Translations under genes and position numbers: made by a program
In this document: positions 43,655-53,507 of the stretch, one piece after another
Position numbering within the stretch: the first letter of the stretch is position 1
How the letters are laid out: the number at the start of each line of letters is the position of its first letter
Assembly: GCA_045627385.1 (NCBI GenBank)
Contig: JAZQNO010000032.1
Coordinates: 16,956 to 80,955 of the forward strand
DNA: 64,000 nucleotides
Reading direction: 5' to 3'
Source: Bacteroidales bacterium
GTDB lineage: Bacteria > Bacteroidota > Bacteroidia > Bacteroidales > UBA1402
The notes under the pieces: generated by a model
The model's input: the letters and a program-made list of their open reading frames with translations, nothing else
Databases searched by the model: none
What the model was told of the DNA's origin: nothing

Positions 43655-44524
43655 ATGAAAGCGTACGTTTTCCCGGGCCAAGGCGCCCAATTTGTCGGAA
43701 TGGGCAAAGACCTTTACGAGAATTCCTCCGTGGCCAAGTCGTTGTTCGACCAGGCCGATGAAATCCTGGGTTTCCATATCACTCAGCTGATGTTCGAATC
43801 GACACCTGAGGACCTCCGTCAGACCAAAGTCACCCAGCCTGCCGTATTCCTCCATTCGGTCATTATGGCCAAAACCTTGGAAGATTTCCATCCCGATATG
43901 GTCGCCGGCCATTCGCTCGGCGAGTTCTCCGCATTGACCGCCGCCGGTGCACTTTCGTTCGAGGATGGTCTCAGATTGGTGTCCAAGCGCGCTATGGCCA
44001 TGCAGAAAGCCTGCGAAATGAATCCGTCCACCATGGCCGCCGTCATCGCCATGCCCGATGAAACCGTCGAAGAAATATGCGCTTCCATTACCGAGGAAGT
44101 GGTGGTGGCCGCCAACTACAACTGCCCGGGACAGATTGTCATTTCCGGTTCGAAAGCCGGCATAGAACTGGCTACGGAAAAGCTCAAGGCTGCCGGTGCC
44201 AAACGTGTGTTGCCGCTGGCAGTGGGCGGCGCTTTTCATTCGCCACTTATGGAACCCGCCCGGGTCGAACTGGCCTCCGCCATCGAAGCGACTCAGTTCT
44301 CCACTCCCATTTGCCCTATCTATCAGAACGTAGACGCGAAGCCCTATACCGATCCCACCCGAATCAAGGCCAATTTGGTGGCCCAGCTCACTTCGCCCGT
44401 CCGTTGGACTCAGAGTGTCAAGAATATGCTGGCCGACGGAGCTGACGAATTTGTAGAACTCGGCCCCGGCACCGTGCTTCAGGGGCTTGTCGCCAAAATC
44501 AGAAAAAGTTTGGAAACCGCCTGA
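43655..44524 (+). CDS. fabD: Malonyl-CoA:ACP transacylase
   Basis: 289 aa. MKAYVFPGQGAQFVGMG.., active-site AGHSLGEFSAL, ..GAFHSPLM. Confidence 0.95.
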   Translation: MKAYVFPGQGAQFVGMGKDLYENSSVAKSLFDQADEILGFHITQLMFESTPEDLRQTKVTQPAVFLHSVIMAKTLEDFHPDMVAGHSLGEFSALTAAGALSFEDGLRLVSKRAMAMQKACEMNPSTMAAVIAMPDETVEEICASITEEVVVAANYNCPGQIVISGSKAGIELATEKLKAAGAKRVLPLAVGGAFHSPLMEPARVELASAIEATQFSTPICPIYQNVDAKPYTDPTRIKANLVAQLTSPVRWTQSVKNMLADGADEFVELGPGTVLQGLVAKIRKSLETA

Positions 44525-44526
44525 GG

Positions 44527-46215
44527 ATGCCTAAAACAGTCATATATCAGACCTTCCCCCGATATTTCGGAAACACTTGTCTCAACCAGAAACCTTTCGG
44601 TGGAATCGAAGAAAACGGCTGCGGAAAGTTCAAAGACTATACCGCTAAAGCGCTCCATTCCATTCGTGAAATGGGCGTGACGCACATTTGGTACACGGGA
44701 ATTCTGGAACATGCCACCAAGACCGATTATTCTGACTTTGGAATCCTGCGCGACCATCCGGCCGTTGTCAAAGGCCAGGCAGGTTCACCTTATGCTGTAA
44801 AGGACTATTACGATGTAGACCCCGATCTGGCCGAGTCGGTGCCGGATCGTCTGAAGGAGTTCCATAACCTGGTCCGCCGCACCCATCAGGCGGGTATGAA
44901 GGTCATCATTGATTTTGTCCCCAACCATCTGGCCCGCCGCTACCACAGCGACCAGGCTCCGGCCGGTGAAAGCGATTTCGGTGCCAACGACAATACCTCT
45001 TGGGCATTTGCCCCCAACAACAATTTCTACTATCTGCCCGATCAGACGCTTTGGGGACAGTTCGACATGTATGCCGGTCATCGGGTGCCTTATCAAGAAA
45101 CTCCGGCAAAGGTCACCGGCAACGACTGTTTCTCTTCGCATCCGGGTGTCTGCGACTGGTATGAGACCGTCAAACTCAATTATGGAGTGGACTATCAAGG
45201 AGGCAGGACCTGCCATTTCGATCCGATACCAGATACCTGGAAGCGTATGCACAATGTGCTGACATATTGGGCTTCCATGGGTGTTGACGGTTTCCGTTGC
45301 GATATGGCCGAGATGGTGCCTTCTGCCTTTTGGGCCTGGGTGACCGAATCGCTCAAGAAGAAGTACAAAGGTCTGATTTTTATAGGGGAAGTGTACAATC
45401 CCGGACTCTATCGCGAGTATATCGCTTCCGGATTCGATTATCTCTACGACAAGGTTGGTCTGTACGACAAATTGAAAGCGATTGTCCAAGGCAAGTCACC
45501 GGCCTGCGAACTGACTCAATGTTGGCAGCAACTCGGCGATATCCAGCCTCATATGCTCAATTTTCTGGAAAACCACGACGAACAGCGCATCGCTTCCGAT
45601 TTCTTTGCCGGAAATGCCCGTCGCGGCTTGCCGGCTTTGGTGGTTTCCGCCTGTCTGAACACCAATCCTTTCATGCTTTATCAAGGACAGGAACTGGGCG
45701 AAAGGGGCATGTGGCGCGAAGGGTTCAGCGGTCGCGACGGACGCAGCACCATATTTGACTATTGGGGCATCCCGTTGCTGGTCGCCTGGAATGACAATGG
45801 TCGCTTCGATGAGACCCGTCTCGATGCCGATTCCCGCGCTCTTCGTCAGTACTACAGCCGTCTGCTCAATCTGTGTCAGAGCGAAACGGCTCTCAGCGAG
45901 GGTCTTTTCTTTGACCTGACTTATGTCAATATGAATCACAAAGGTTTCGATCCGGCCCGTCAGTATGCTTTCCTCCGAAAGAGCGGGGATTCTCTACTGC
46001 TGATTGTGGCCAATTTCGGCCAATCGGCCTTGGTTCAGGTGAGAGTTCCCGAACACGCGTTTGATTATCTGCAACTTGATGGTTTCGACCTCACTCAGGC
46101 AGTGGATTTGCTGAGGGGAGACAAACAGTCGCTCCCTCTTTCCAAAGACGGCCTGACAGTGATGCAAGTGCCTGGAAATGACGCTCGTATCTGGAAATAC
46201 CAAAGGAACAAATAA
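44527..46215 (+). CDS. GH13 alpha-amylase-family glycosidase
   Basis: 562 aa. GH13 regions DFVPNHLA, GFRCDMAEMV, FIGEVY, FLENHDEQR. Confidence 0.85.
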   Translation: MPKTVIYQTFPRYFGNTCLNQKPFGGIEENGCGKFKDYTAKALHSIREMGVTHIWYTGILEHATKTDYSDFGILRDHPAVVKGQAGSPYAVKDYYDVDPDLAESVPDRLKEFHNLVRRTHQAGMKVIIDFVPNHLARRYHSDQAPAGESDFGANDNTSWAFAPNNNFYYLPDQTLWGQFDMYAGHRVPYQETPAKVTGNDCFSSHPGVCDWYETVKLNYGVDYQGGRTCHFDPIPDTWKRMHNVLTYWASMGVDGFRCDMAEMVPSAFWAWVTESLKKKYKGLIFIGEVYNPGLYREYIASGFDYLYDKVGLYDKLKAIVQGKSPACELTQCWQQLGDIQPHMLNFLENHDEQRIASDFFAGNARRGLPALVVSACLNTNPFMLYQGQELGERGMWREGFSGRDGRSTIFDYWGIPLLVAWNDNGRFDETRLDADSRALRQYYSRLLNLCQSETALSEGLFFDLTYVNMNHKGFDPARQYAFLRKSGDSLLLIVANFGQSALVQVRVPEHAFDYLQLDGFDLTQAVDLLRGDKQSLPLSKDGLTVMQVPGNDARIWKYQRNK

Positions 46216-46252
46216 TTATCTTCTTTTTCTTTTTTTAGATAGGACAAATATC

Positions 46253-46260
46253 TAATTTTG
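46253..46260 (+). promoter_or_regulatory. -7 box TAatTTTG upstream of prs
   Basis: TAATTTTG lies 24 nt upstream of ATG 46285. Confidence 0.4.
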
Positions 46261-46284
46261 CGGTTGTCAAACAATCACAATCCT

Positions 46285-47217
46285 ATGCAAGGTCCTATCA
46301 AAGTTTTTTCCGGCACCAACTCGCAATATCTGGCCGAAAAAATTTGTCAGTCTCTGGGTTGCCCCCTGGGCAAAATGAACATCCAGCACTTCTCCGACGG
46401 TGAGTTCTCCGTTTCTTACGAAGAGTCTATCCGCGGTTGCAGTGTCTTTCTCGTTCAATCCACTTTCCCGTCATCGGACAACCTTATGGAACTTCTCCTG
46501 ATGATCGATGCCGCCAAGCGTGCTTCGGCCGACAAGATCATCGCCGTCATCCCTTATTTCGGATGGGCCCGTCAGGACAGAAAGGACAAACCTCGTGTCT
46601 CCATCGGTGCCAAACTGGTGGCTGACCTGCTGTCGGTAGCCGGCATCGACCGTCTCATCACTATGGACCTTCATGCTGATCAGATTCAGGGTTTCTTCGA
46701 TGTCCCCGTCGACCATCTCTACGCTTCCACGGTTTTCCTTCCCTATATCAAGTCGCTGCATCTTGACAATATGGTTGTCGCCACTCCCGATGTGGGCGGT
46801 GCCAAGAGAGCCAAATCCTACGGCAACTATCTGGGTGTGCCCATCGTGCTTTGTCACAAGTACCGCAACAAACCCAACGAGGTTGCCGAAATGCGTCTTA
46901 TCGGCGATGTCAAAGGCAAGAATGTGATTTTGGTCGACGATATGGTCGATACGGCCGGCACTCTGACCAAGGCTGCCGATCTGATGATGGAAAACGGCGC
47001 TCTTTCAGTCCGCGGTCTGGCTTCGCACTGTGTGATGTCGGGTCAGGCTCCCGAGCGTGTCGAAAAATCCGGTATGAAGGAAATCATCTTCACTGACAGC
47101 ATACCCTTCAACAAGGAATGTTCCAAGGTGACCATCCTGAGCGTGGCCGAAATGTTCGCCGATACCATCCAGCGCGTTTACGACAACCGCTCGATTTCAT
47201 CGCAGTATCTTCTCTAA
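46285..47217 (+). CDS. prs: Ribose-phosphate pyrophosphokinase
   Basis: Start trimmed to MQGPIKVFSGTNSQYLAEKI. Blocks YFGWARQDRK and VILVDDMVDTAGTL (PRPP-binding). Confidence 0.95.
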   Translation: MQGPIKVFSGTNSQYLAEKICQSLGCPLGKMNIQHFSDGEFSVSYEESIRGCSVFLVQSTFPSSDNLMELLLMIDAAKRASADKIIAVIPYFGWARQDRKDKPRVSIGAKLVADLLSVAGIDRLITMDLHADQIQGFFDVPVDHLYASTVFLPYIKSLHLDNMVVATPDVGGAKRAKSYGNYLGVPIVLCHKYRNKPNEVAEMRLIGDVKGKNVILVDDMVDTAGTLTKAADLMMENGALSVRGLASHCVMSGQAPERVEKSGMKEIIFTDSIPFNKECSKVTILSVAEMFADTIQRVYDNRSISSQYLL

Positions 47218-47220
47218 AAG

Positions 47221-48687
47221 ATGATTACCCTTTCGCTGTCACTGATTCTGTTGGTTGTCGGCTACCTTTTCTATTCAAGATTTCTCGAGAAGGTCATCAA
47301 GGTCGACGCGAACATGCCGGTGCCGGCTTACAAGCTTCAGGACGGGGTGGATTACATCCCTATGAAGCCTTGGAGGATTTTTCTGATCCAGTTCCTCAAC
47401 ATTGCAGGCCTCGGGCCGATATTCGGAGCCATCATGGGCGCGAAATTCGGTCCGGCTTCTTTCCTGTGGATCGTTTTCGGTACTGTTTTCGGCGGTGCTG
47501 TACACGATTATCTGGCCGGCATGCTTTCTCTCCGTCACGATGGCAGCAGTCTGCCTGACTTGCACGGACGTTACCTGGGCAATGTCATCCGGCACATCAT
47601 GAATGCGTTCATGGTGGTGTTGCTGGTTTTGGTCGGCGTGGTCTTCCTTATCGGTCCGGCGGAGATTCTGGGTGAAATGACTTCGTCTGTCCGTTTCTTG
47701 AATTCCTATTTCTGGATAGCGGTCATATTGATCTACTACATCATCGCCACCCTGCTGCCCATTGACAAGATCATCGGAAAGATTTATCCCATCTTCGGTG
47801 TCTGTCTGCTGGTGATGGCTTTCGGTATTCTGGGATATCTGTATGTCAGACATCCGCAGGTGCCGGAAATATGGCAGGGGCTTCAGAACCGGCAGGCCAA
47901 TCCTGAGGCAAATCCCATTTTCCCGATGATGTTCGTCTCCATCGCCTGCGGCGCCATTTCGGGTTTCCATGCCTCACAGTCGCCGCTGATGGCCCGCTGC
48001 ATGACCAACGAAAAACTCGGTCGACCGATTTTCTACGGCGCTATGGTGGCCGAGGGCATTGTGGCCCTGATCTGGGCCGCAGCGGCCTCCGTGTTTTTCT
48101 TCAGCGGCGAATATGCAGGCGAAGTGGCAGAATTCGGCGGAAGCGCCCCCCAGATCGTCAAGTTCATCACCGAGAACTGGTTGGGAGGCTTCGGAGCCAT
48201 ACTGGCTATGCTGGGAGTCGTTTTCGCACCGATTTCTACAGGCGACACGGCTTTCCGTTCGGCCCGTCTGATCATATCCGAGTTCTTCCATTTCGAGCAG
48301 AAGACCATGTGGAAACGTCTTGTCATCGCCGTTCCTCTTTTCGTAGTCGCTTTCGCCATACTGATTTGGGACATCAGCAATCCCGACGGGTTCAACATCA
48401 TCTGGAATTATTTCGCCTGGTCCAACCAGACTTTGGCAGCCATCACCTTGTGGGCCATCACCGTCTATCTGCAGCGCAAACAGGGCAGCAATGTCAGTTT
48501 CCTCCTTTCGCTGTTTCCGGCCTGTTTCATGACTTTCATCTGCGTCTCTTTCATCTGTTTTGCCAAAATCGGATTCCATTTGCCCGTCAACATCAGCTAT
48601 CTGGTTGCGGCTGTCATCACCTTGGCTTTGGCGAACCAGTTTCTTCGTGCCTGTTACAAGCGTCTCCGACCGGGCAAAACCGCATAA
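47221..48687 (+). CDS. cstA: Carbon starvation protein A (peptide/pyruvate transporter family)
   Basis: 488 aa, polytopic. N-terminal FLIQFLNIAGLGPIFGAIMGAKFGP is typical of CstA. Confidence 0.9.
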   Translation: MITLSLSLILLVVGYLFYSRFLEKVIKVDANMPVPAYKLQDGVDYIPMKPWRIFLIQFLNIAGLGPIFGAIMGAKFGPASFLWIVFGTVFGGAVHDYLAGMLSLRHDGSSLPDLHGRYLGNVIRHIMNAFMVVLLVLVGVVFLIGPAEILGEMTSSVRFLNSYFWIAVILIYYIIATLLPIDKIIGKIYPIFGVCLLVMAFGILGYLYVRHPQVPEIWQGLQNRQANPEANPIFPMMFVSIACGAISGFHASQSPLMARCMTNEKLGRPIFYGAMVAEGIVALIWAAAASVFFFSGEYAGEVAEFGGSAPQIVKFITENWLGGFGAILAMLGVVFAPISTGDTAFRSARLIISEFFHFEQKTMWKRLVIAVPLFVVAFAILIWDISNPDGFNIIWNYFAWSNQTLAAITLWAITVYLQRKQGSNVSFLLSLFPACFMTFICVSFICFAKIGFHLPVNISYLVAAVITLALANQFLRACYKRLRPGKTA

Positions 48688-48723
48688 ACCTGCCGTTTGA
48701 TTGCTCCATAATAAATAAATATT

Positions 48724-48731
48724 TACATTTG
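48724..48731 (+). promoter_or_regulatory. -7 box TAcaTTTG upstream of the acyltransferase gene
   Basis: TACATTTG lies 22 nt upstream of ATG 48754. Confidence 0.4.
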
Positions 48732-48753
48732 CACCCGGAAATTCCAAAAGAGA

Positions 48754-49779
48754 ATGAAGAATATCTGGGAGTATGATTTCGGGTATGCCTTTTTCCGGCC
48801 ATATATAGACTGGGCGCTGAAGACAAGTTACTCGAAGATTGAAATTCAAGGAGGAGGAAATGTGCCTGACCCCTCGAATGCTTCCGTCCTGATTGCCGCC
48901 AATCACTGCAACACGCTGATGGATGCCCTGGTCATCCTTCATTCGAGAAAAGAGCCGATCGCTTATGTGGCTCGGGCCGACATTTTCAAAAAGCCTTTCT
49001 TCGCCCATATTCTCCACAATCTCCGCATTCTTCCGATTTACCGCCGGCGCGACTGCCAGGATTCCATCGAAAAGAATGTTCCGATTTTCGACAATGTGGT
49101 CGAATGCATCAGTCACGGAATGATGATGAGCATTCATCCGGAGGGCACTCACCGTTGCCGTCACAGTCTGCTTCCGCTCAAGACGGGCATTGTGCGCATC
49201 GCCGAACAGGCGGCGCAGACTTATCCCGAGCGTCCCGTCTTCATAGTGCCGGCCGGTCTCGAATACGACGATTACTACAACAATATGGGAACGGTCAGTC
49301 TGACTTTCGGAAAGCCTATCCGCATTACCGGAAATGAAGACATTTATGAACTTACCGACCGTCTCCGTGACCGAATTTCCGAGCTGATCACCTATTTCCC
49401 TGACGACGAGCATCTTGACGAGGCCGAAGCGGCTTTCGAGAAGAGCAGAATACCTCAATATAAGGCCATTCATTGGATTTGGGCGGTTCTTCTACTGCCC
49501 TTGTTCCTGCTGTTCGGATTTCTCTGCAGCCCGATGATTCTGGTGAGCACCTATTTCAGAAACAGACTCAAAGACCAAGCCTGGATGAACACCATCAGGT
49601 ATGTCAGCAAACTGTTTCTCACGCCTTTCACCACCATTGGCGCAGCTGTGGCCGGATTCATCCATCTGCCCTGGTACGGGGCCATCTTGCTGGTGTTGGC
49701 GACTCTGTTCGCTCACCCGATTTTCTACCGTATCAGAGCGTTTTACAAGAAACTGATCAAATCATCAACCAAGCGCTGA
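48754..49779 (+). CDS. PlsC/LPLAT-family lysophospholipid acyltransferase with C-terminal membrane extension
   Basis: 341 aa. Motif-I-like AANHCNTLMD, motif-III-like IHPEGTH, two C-terminal hydrophobic helices. Confidence 0.8.
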   Translation: MKNIWEYDFGYAFFRPYIDWALKTSYSKIEIQGGGNVPDPSNASVLIAANHCNTLMDALVILHSRKEPIAYVARADIFKKPFFAHILHNLRILPIYRRRDCQDSIEKNVPIFDNVVECISHGMMMSIHPEGTHRCRHSLLPLKTGIVRIAEQAAQTYPERPVFIVPAGLEYDDYYNNMGTVSLTFGKPIRITGNEDIYELTDRLRDRISELITYFPDDEHLDEAEAAFEKSRIPQYKAIHWIWAVLLLPLFLLFGFLCSPMILVSTYFRNRLKDQAWMNTIRYVSKLFLTPFTTIGAAVAGFIHLPWYGAILLVLATLFAHPIFYRIRAFYKKLIKSSTKR

Positions 49780-49820
49780 AACTCTCCTTCGAGAGTTCTG
49801 GCGACGAATCACCGACAATT

Positions 49821-51503
49821 ATGGAAGAGAACATTAAAGCCCCTTGGCTCAAAAGTTACGGCGAAGTGCCTTTCCATTTGAACTACAGTCAGAAATCTCT
49901 CAGTGAAACCGTGCTGGAAACAGCCGCTGCCGAAACTTCTTTCCCGGCTCTGTCCTTTATGGGGAGAAAGGTGACTTTTGCCCAACTGGCCAAACAGATT
50001 GATGCCACGGCAAAGGCTTTCTATCAGATTGGAGTGCGTCCCGGCATGCGCGTGATGGTGTGCATGCCCAATGTTCCCCAAGCCATCTACAGCCTGTACG
50101 GTCTGAACCGCATCGGTGCCATCGCCACGATGGTGCATCCTCTGTCGGCCGTCGGTGAAATAGTCTATTACCTCAACGAGGCCTCGGCCGATGTTGTCCT
50201 CACTTTGGACCAGTTCTATGGCAAGTTTCTGGAGGTCAAGGCCCAGCGCCCCATCCGCCAGCTCATCATCGCCCATATTTCCGAAGAACTGCCTTGTGTG
50301 AAGTCGATTGCCTTCAAACTTTTGACTGAGCGCAAATTCCCGAAAGTCAACGGCGAAGGCGAAATGGAATGGCGTCAGTTCATCAAAGGCGGTGAACAGG
50401 TCAAGGAAGACTATGTTTATGTGAAAGATCCGTTGAAAGAAGCCGTTGTCCTTTTCTCGGGCGGCACCACCGGCGTCACGAAAGGCATTATGCTTTCCGA
50501 CCTCAACTTCAACGCGCTGGCCCGTCAGACAGAAGCCATGTGCCACGAAGAGGTGCATCATGGAAAGATGCTGGCCGCCATGCCTGTGTTCCACGGCTTC
50601 GGTCTGGGTGTCTGCATTCACACGATGATGGTCTGCGGCGGCACTTCCATTCTGGTGCCCCGTTTCAATGTGAAGAGCTATGCCAAACTCATCAAGGACA
50701 ACCGTCCCAATTTCATAGCCGGCGTTCCCACTCTTTTCGAAGGCATCACCCGCAACGAATACCTCGACGGCGTCGACCTGTCCTGCCTGCGCGGCGTATT
50801 CTCCGGCGGCGATTCTCTGACCATCGAACTGAAGAAAAAGTTTGACCAGTTCCTGGCCGACCATCACGCCACCATCCGCGTGCGCGAGGGCTACGGAACC
50901 ACCGAGTGCGTCACGGCCAGCTGTCTGACTCCTTACAACAAGGAAAAAGAGGGCAGCATCGGTCTGCCTTATCCCGACACCTATTACAAAATCTGCGCTG
51001 TCGGCACCAACGACGAAGTGCCTTACGGAACGGAAGGCGAAATCTGTTTGGCCGGTCCTTCGGTCATGCTGGGCTATATCAACCACGAAGAAGAGAATGC
51101 CCAGACCTTGCGCAAGCACGAAGACGGAAACATCTGGCTTCACACCGGTGATTTGGGTGTGATGGACGACGAAGGCTTCATCTATTTCAAACAGCGTATC
51201 AAACGAATGATCATCACCAGCGGCTACAATGTGTATCCTTCTCAGATTGAAAACATTATGGAAGCTCATCCTGCCGTTCGAAGAAGTTGTGTCATCGGAG
51301 TCCCCGATCCTTACAAAATGCAGAAGGTCAAGGCTTTCGTCATTTTGGCCGATGGCGTGGAAGATTCGCCTGAAATCAGAGAGTCCATTATGGAACATTG
51401 CCGCAAGCACATTGCCAAATATGCGCTTCCGTATGTGATTGAAGTCCGCGATTCTTTGCCTACCACCCTGGTCGGCAAAATCGCCTACACCCAACTGTCG
51501 TAA
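49821..51503 (+). CDS. AMP-binding acyl-CoA/acyl-ACP synthetase (long-chain fatty acid ligase-like)
   Basis: Start trimmed to MEENIKAPWLKSYGEVPFHL. Blocks LFSGGTTGVTKG, REGYGTTE, TGDLGVMDDEGFIYFKQRIKRMI, GKIAY. Confidence 0.85.
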   Translation: MEENIKAPWLKSYGEVPFHLNYSQKSLSETVLETAAAETSFPALSFMGRKVTFAQLAKQIDATAKAFYQIGVRPGMRVMVCMPNVPQAIYSLYGLNRIGAIATMVHPLSAVGEIVYYLNEASADVVLTLDQFYGKFLEVKAQRPIRQLIIAHISEELPCVKSIAFKLLTERKFPKVNGEGEMEWRQFIKGGEQVKEDYVYVKDPLKEAVVLFSGGTTGVTKGIMLSDLNFNALARQTEAMCHEEVHHGKMLAAMPVFHGFGLGVCIHTMMVCGGTSILVPRFNVKSYAKLIKDNRPNFIAGVPTLFEGITRNEYLDGVDLSCLRGVFSGGDSLTIELKKKFDQFLADHHATIRVREGYGTTECVTASCLTPYNKEKEGSIGLPYPDTYYKICAVGTNDEVPYGTEGEICLAGPSVMLGYINHEEENAQTLRKHEDGNIWLHTGDLGVMDDEGFIYFKQRIKRMIITSGYNVYPSQIENIMEAHPAVRRSCVIGVPDPYKMQKVKAFVILADGVEDSPEIRESIMEHCRKHIAKYALPYVIEVRDSLPTTLVGKIAYTQLS

Positions 51504-51504
51504 G

Positions 51505-52131
51505 GTGGACTCGCTTCGCCGCTATCTCGAACAAGAGATACTTCCCCTCTATGATGCGTTTGACAAAGGTCACGGACGCGACCACGCCCTGGCGGTGATG
51601 GCTCGCGCCACGGACATTTGCCGCCATTATCCTCAAGTCGACCGGGCCATGGTTCTGGCGGCCGCCGCCTGTCACGATATAGGTCTGTGCGAAGGCCGTG
51701 CGCAGCATCATCTGGCTTCGGGCCGTATGATCCGTGCCGACAGACGCCTGTTGGAATGGTTCTCGCCCGAACAGCTGGAAACGATTGCCCAAGCGGCAGA
51801 AGACCATCGGGCTTCAGCCGAAAACGAACCGCGTTCGCTTTATGGCCGCATTGTCGCGGAGGCCGATCGTCTGATCGATTCGGACGAGGTTGTCCGTCGC
51901 ACGATCCTGTACGGACTGGCCAATTATCCGCAACTCGACCGCGAAGGCCATTGGCAGCGCGCCTGCGCGCACTTTGAGGAAAAATATGCCGAAGGCGGCT
52001 ATTTGAAACTGTGGATTCCCGAGTCGCCCAATGCGGCCGCTTTGGACGTCCTGCGCCGACTGATTGCCGACAAGGAGGCTCTCCGTCGGAAATTCGACAC
52101 TCTTTTCGACCTATTGTCAGAGCAGCGATAA
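51505..52131 (+). CDS. HD-domain phosphohydrolase
   Basis: GTG start 1 nt after the upstream stop avoids the 65-nt overlap implied by the track start. HGRDHALAV and ACHDIG metal-ligand blocks. Confidence 0.65.
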   Translation: MDSLRRYLEQEILPLYDAFDKGHGRDHALAVMARATDICRHYPQVDRAMVLAAAACHDIGLCEGRAQHHLASGRMIRADRRLLEWFSPEQLETIAQAAEDHRASAENEPRSLYGRIVAEADRLIDSDEVVRRTILYGLANYPQLDREGHWQRACAHFEEKYAEGGYLKLWIPESPNAAALDVLRRLIADKEALRRKFDTLFDLLSEQR

Positions 52132-52139
52132 AAGGGAGG

Positions 52140-52793
52140 TCATTGAGAGATGACACCGTCTCTCATTTCTATGACGCGATCGGTCAGACGTGCCAGTTCG
52201 GTGTCGTGGGTGACGATGACGAACGTCTGGCCAGTCTGTTCTCGCAAATCGAAAAACAACTGGTGCAATTCGGCTTTATTTTTCGAATCCAGACTGCCGG
52301 AAGGTTCGTCGGCAAAGACGACCTTCGGCCTGTTCACCAAGGCCCTTGCCACTGCAACCCTTTGATTCTCACCTCCCGACAATTCCGATGGCTTGTGATG
52401 GACACGGTCTGACAGTTTGAGATAATCCAAAATTTCCGCCGCTCTGGCTTCCGCTTCCTTTTTGCCGCATCCGGCAATCAAGGCCGGAATGCTGACATTT
52501 TCCAAAGCAGTGAATTCGGGCAGCAACTGATGGAACTGGAAAACGAATCCTATGTTCCGATTGCGGAAAGCGGCCTGTTGACGGTCATTCATGGCCGAAA
52601 CGTCCTGTCCGTCAATCAGCACCTTGCCGCTGTCGGGGCGGTCTAGCGTTCCGAGAATCTGCAGCAGCGTTGTTTTGCCGGCACCGCTCGGTCCGACAAT
52701 GGAAATCACTTCTCCGCTCTTCACATCGAGGTTCACATTTCGTAAAACCTGGAGTTGACCGAAACTTTTACAGATGTCAGTTGCTTGAATCAT
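52140..52793 (-). CDS. ABC transporter ATP-binding protein (LolD/FtsE-like), no adjacent permease
   Basis: Start trimmed to [12 protein letters not shown]. Walker [10 protein letters not shown], signature LSGGENQRV, Walker [10 protein letters not shown]. Confidence 0.85.
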   Translation of the reverse strand: MIQATDICKSFGQLQVLRNVNLDVKSGEVISIVGPSGAGKTTLLQILGTLDRPDSGKVLIDGQDVSAMNDRQQAAFRNRNIGFVFQFHQLLPEFTALENVSIPALIAGCGKKEAEARAAEILDYLKLSDRVHHKPSELSGGENQRVAVARALVNRPKVVFADEPSGSLDSKNKAELHQLFFDLREQTGQTFVIVTHDTELARLTDRVIEMRDGVISQ

Positions 52794-52797
52794 AAGG

Positions 52798-53505
52798 CTA
52801 TGAGTTGAGTAGATGAGCGATGGCGTATGCGGCCAGATGACAGGCGAAAGCGGCGGGCATATAGGATACCGTTCCGGGAACCGAACGCTCGCCTTTTTCC
52901 AGTCGGACATATTCTGTATGAGGACTTTCCGGAGAGAAAACTACCGGAACGCCATGTTTGATCCCTTTCAGCGAAAGTTCGTGCCTGACCTTCTTGGCCA
53001 GCGCGCAGGTGTGGGTCTTGGATATGTCGCACTGACATATCTGCGAAGGGTCTGTCTTTCCGGCCGCCCCCATGGCCGATATCACCGGAATGCCCCGCCG
53101 TACGCATGCCTCCAGCAGAGCCACCTTGGGACCGACGGTGTCGAAGGCGTCGACAATCAGATCGAAAGGCTGATTCAGAAAAGATTCGACGTCTTTTTCT
53201 TCCAGAAAACGATGGATGGGATGCATATCGAGCTTCGGATTGATGTCGAGCAGTCTTTTTGCCATGATTTCGACCTTCGACTTTCCTTGAGTGCTTCTCA
53301 GAGCGGGAAGCTGCCGGTTGAGATTGCTTTCGGAAACGGTGTCGCCGTCCATAAGGCTCAGATGGCCGATTCCGGCCCGACACAGATATTCGGCTGCAAA
53401 AGCGCCCACACCGCCGATGCCGACGATGGCGACATGACTCGTTTCCAACTTTCTGTAAGCTTCTTCTCCGTAGAGAAAGACGGTTTTCCTATTCCATTCC
53501 TCCAT
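52798..53505 (-). CDS. tcdA: tRNA threonylcarbamoyladenosine dehydratase (ThiF-family, TcdA/CsdL)
   Basis: 235 aa. [33 protein letters not shown]. Confidence 0.8.
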   Translation of the reverse strand: MEEWNRKTVFLYGEEAYRKLETSHVAIVGIGGVGAFAAEYLCRAGIGHLSLMDGDTVSESNLNRQLPALRSTQGKSKVEIMAKRLLDINPKLDMHPIHRFLEEKDVESFLNQPFDLIVDAFDTVGPKVALLEACVRRGIPVISAMGAAGKTDPSQICQCDISKTHTCALAKKVRHELSLKGIKHGVPVVFSPESPHTEYVRLEKGERSVPGTVSYMPAAFACHLAAYAIAHLLNS

Positions 53506-53507
53506 AG

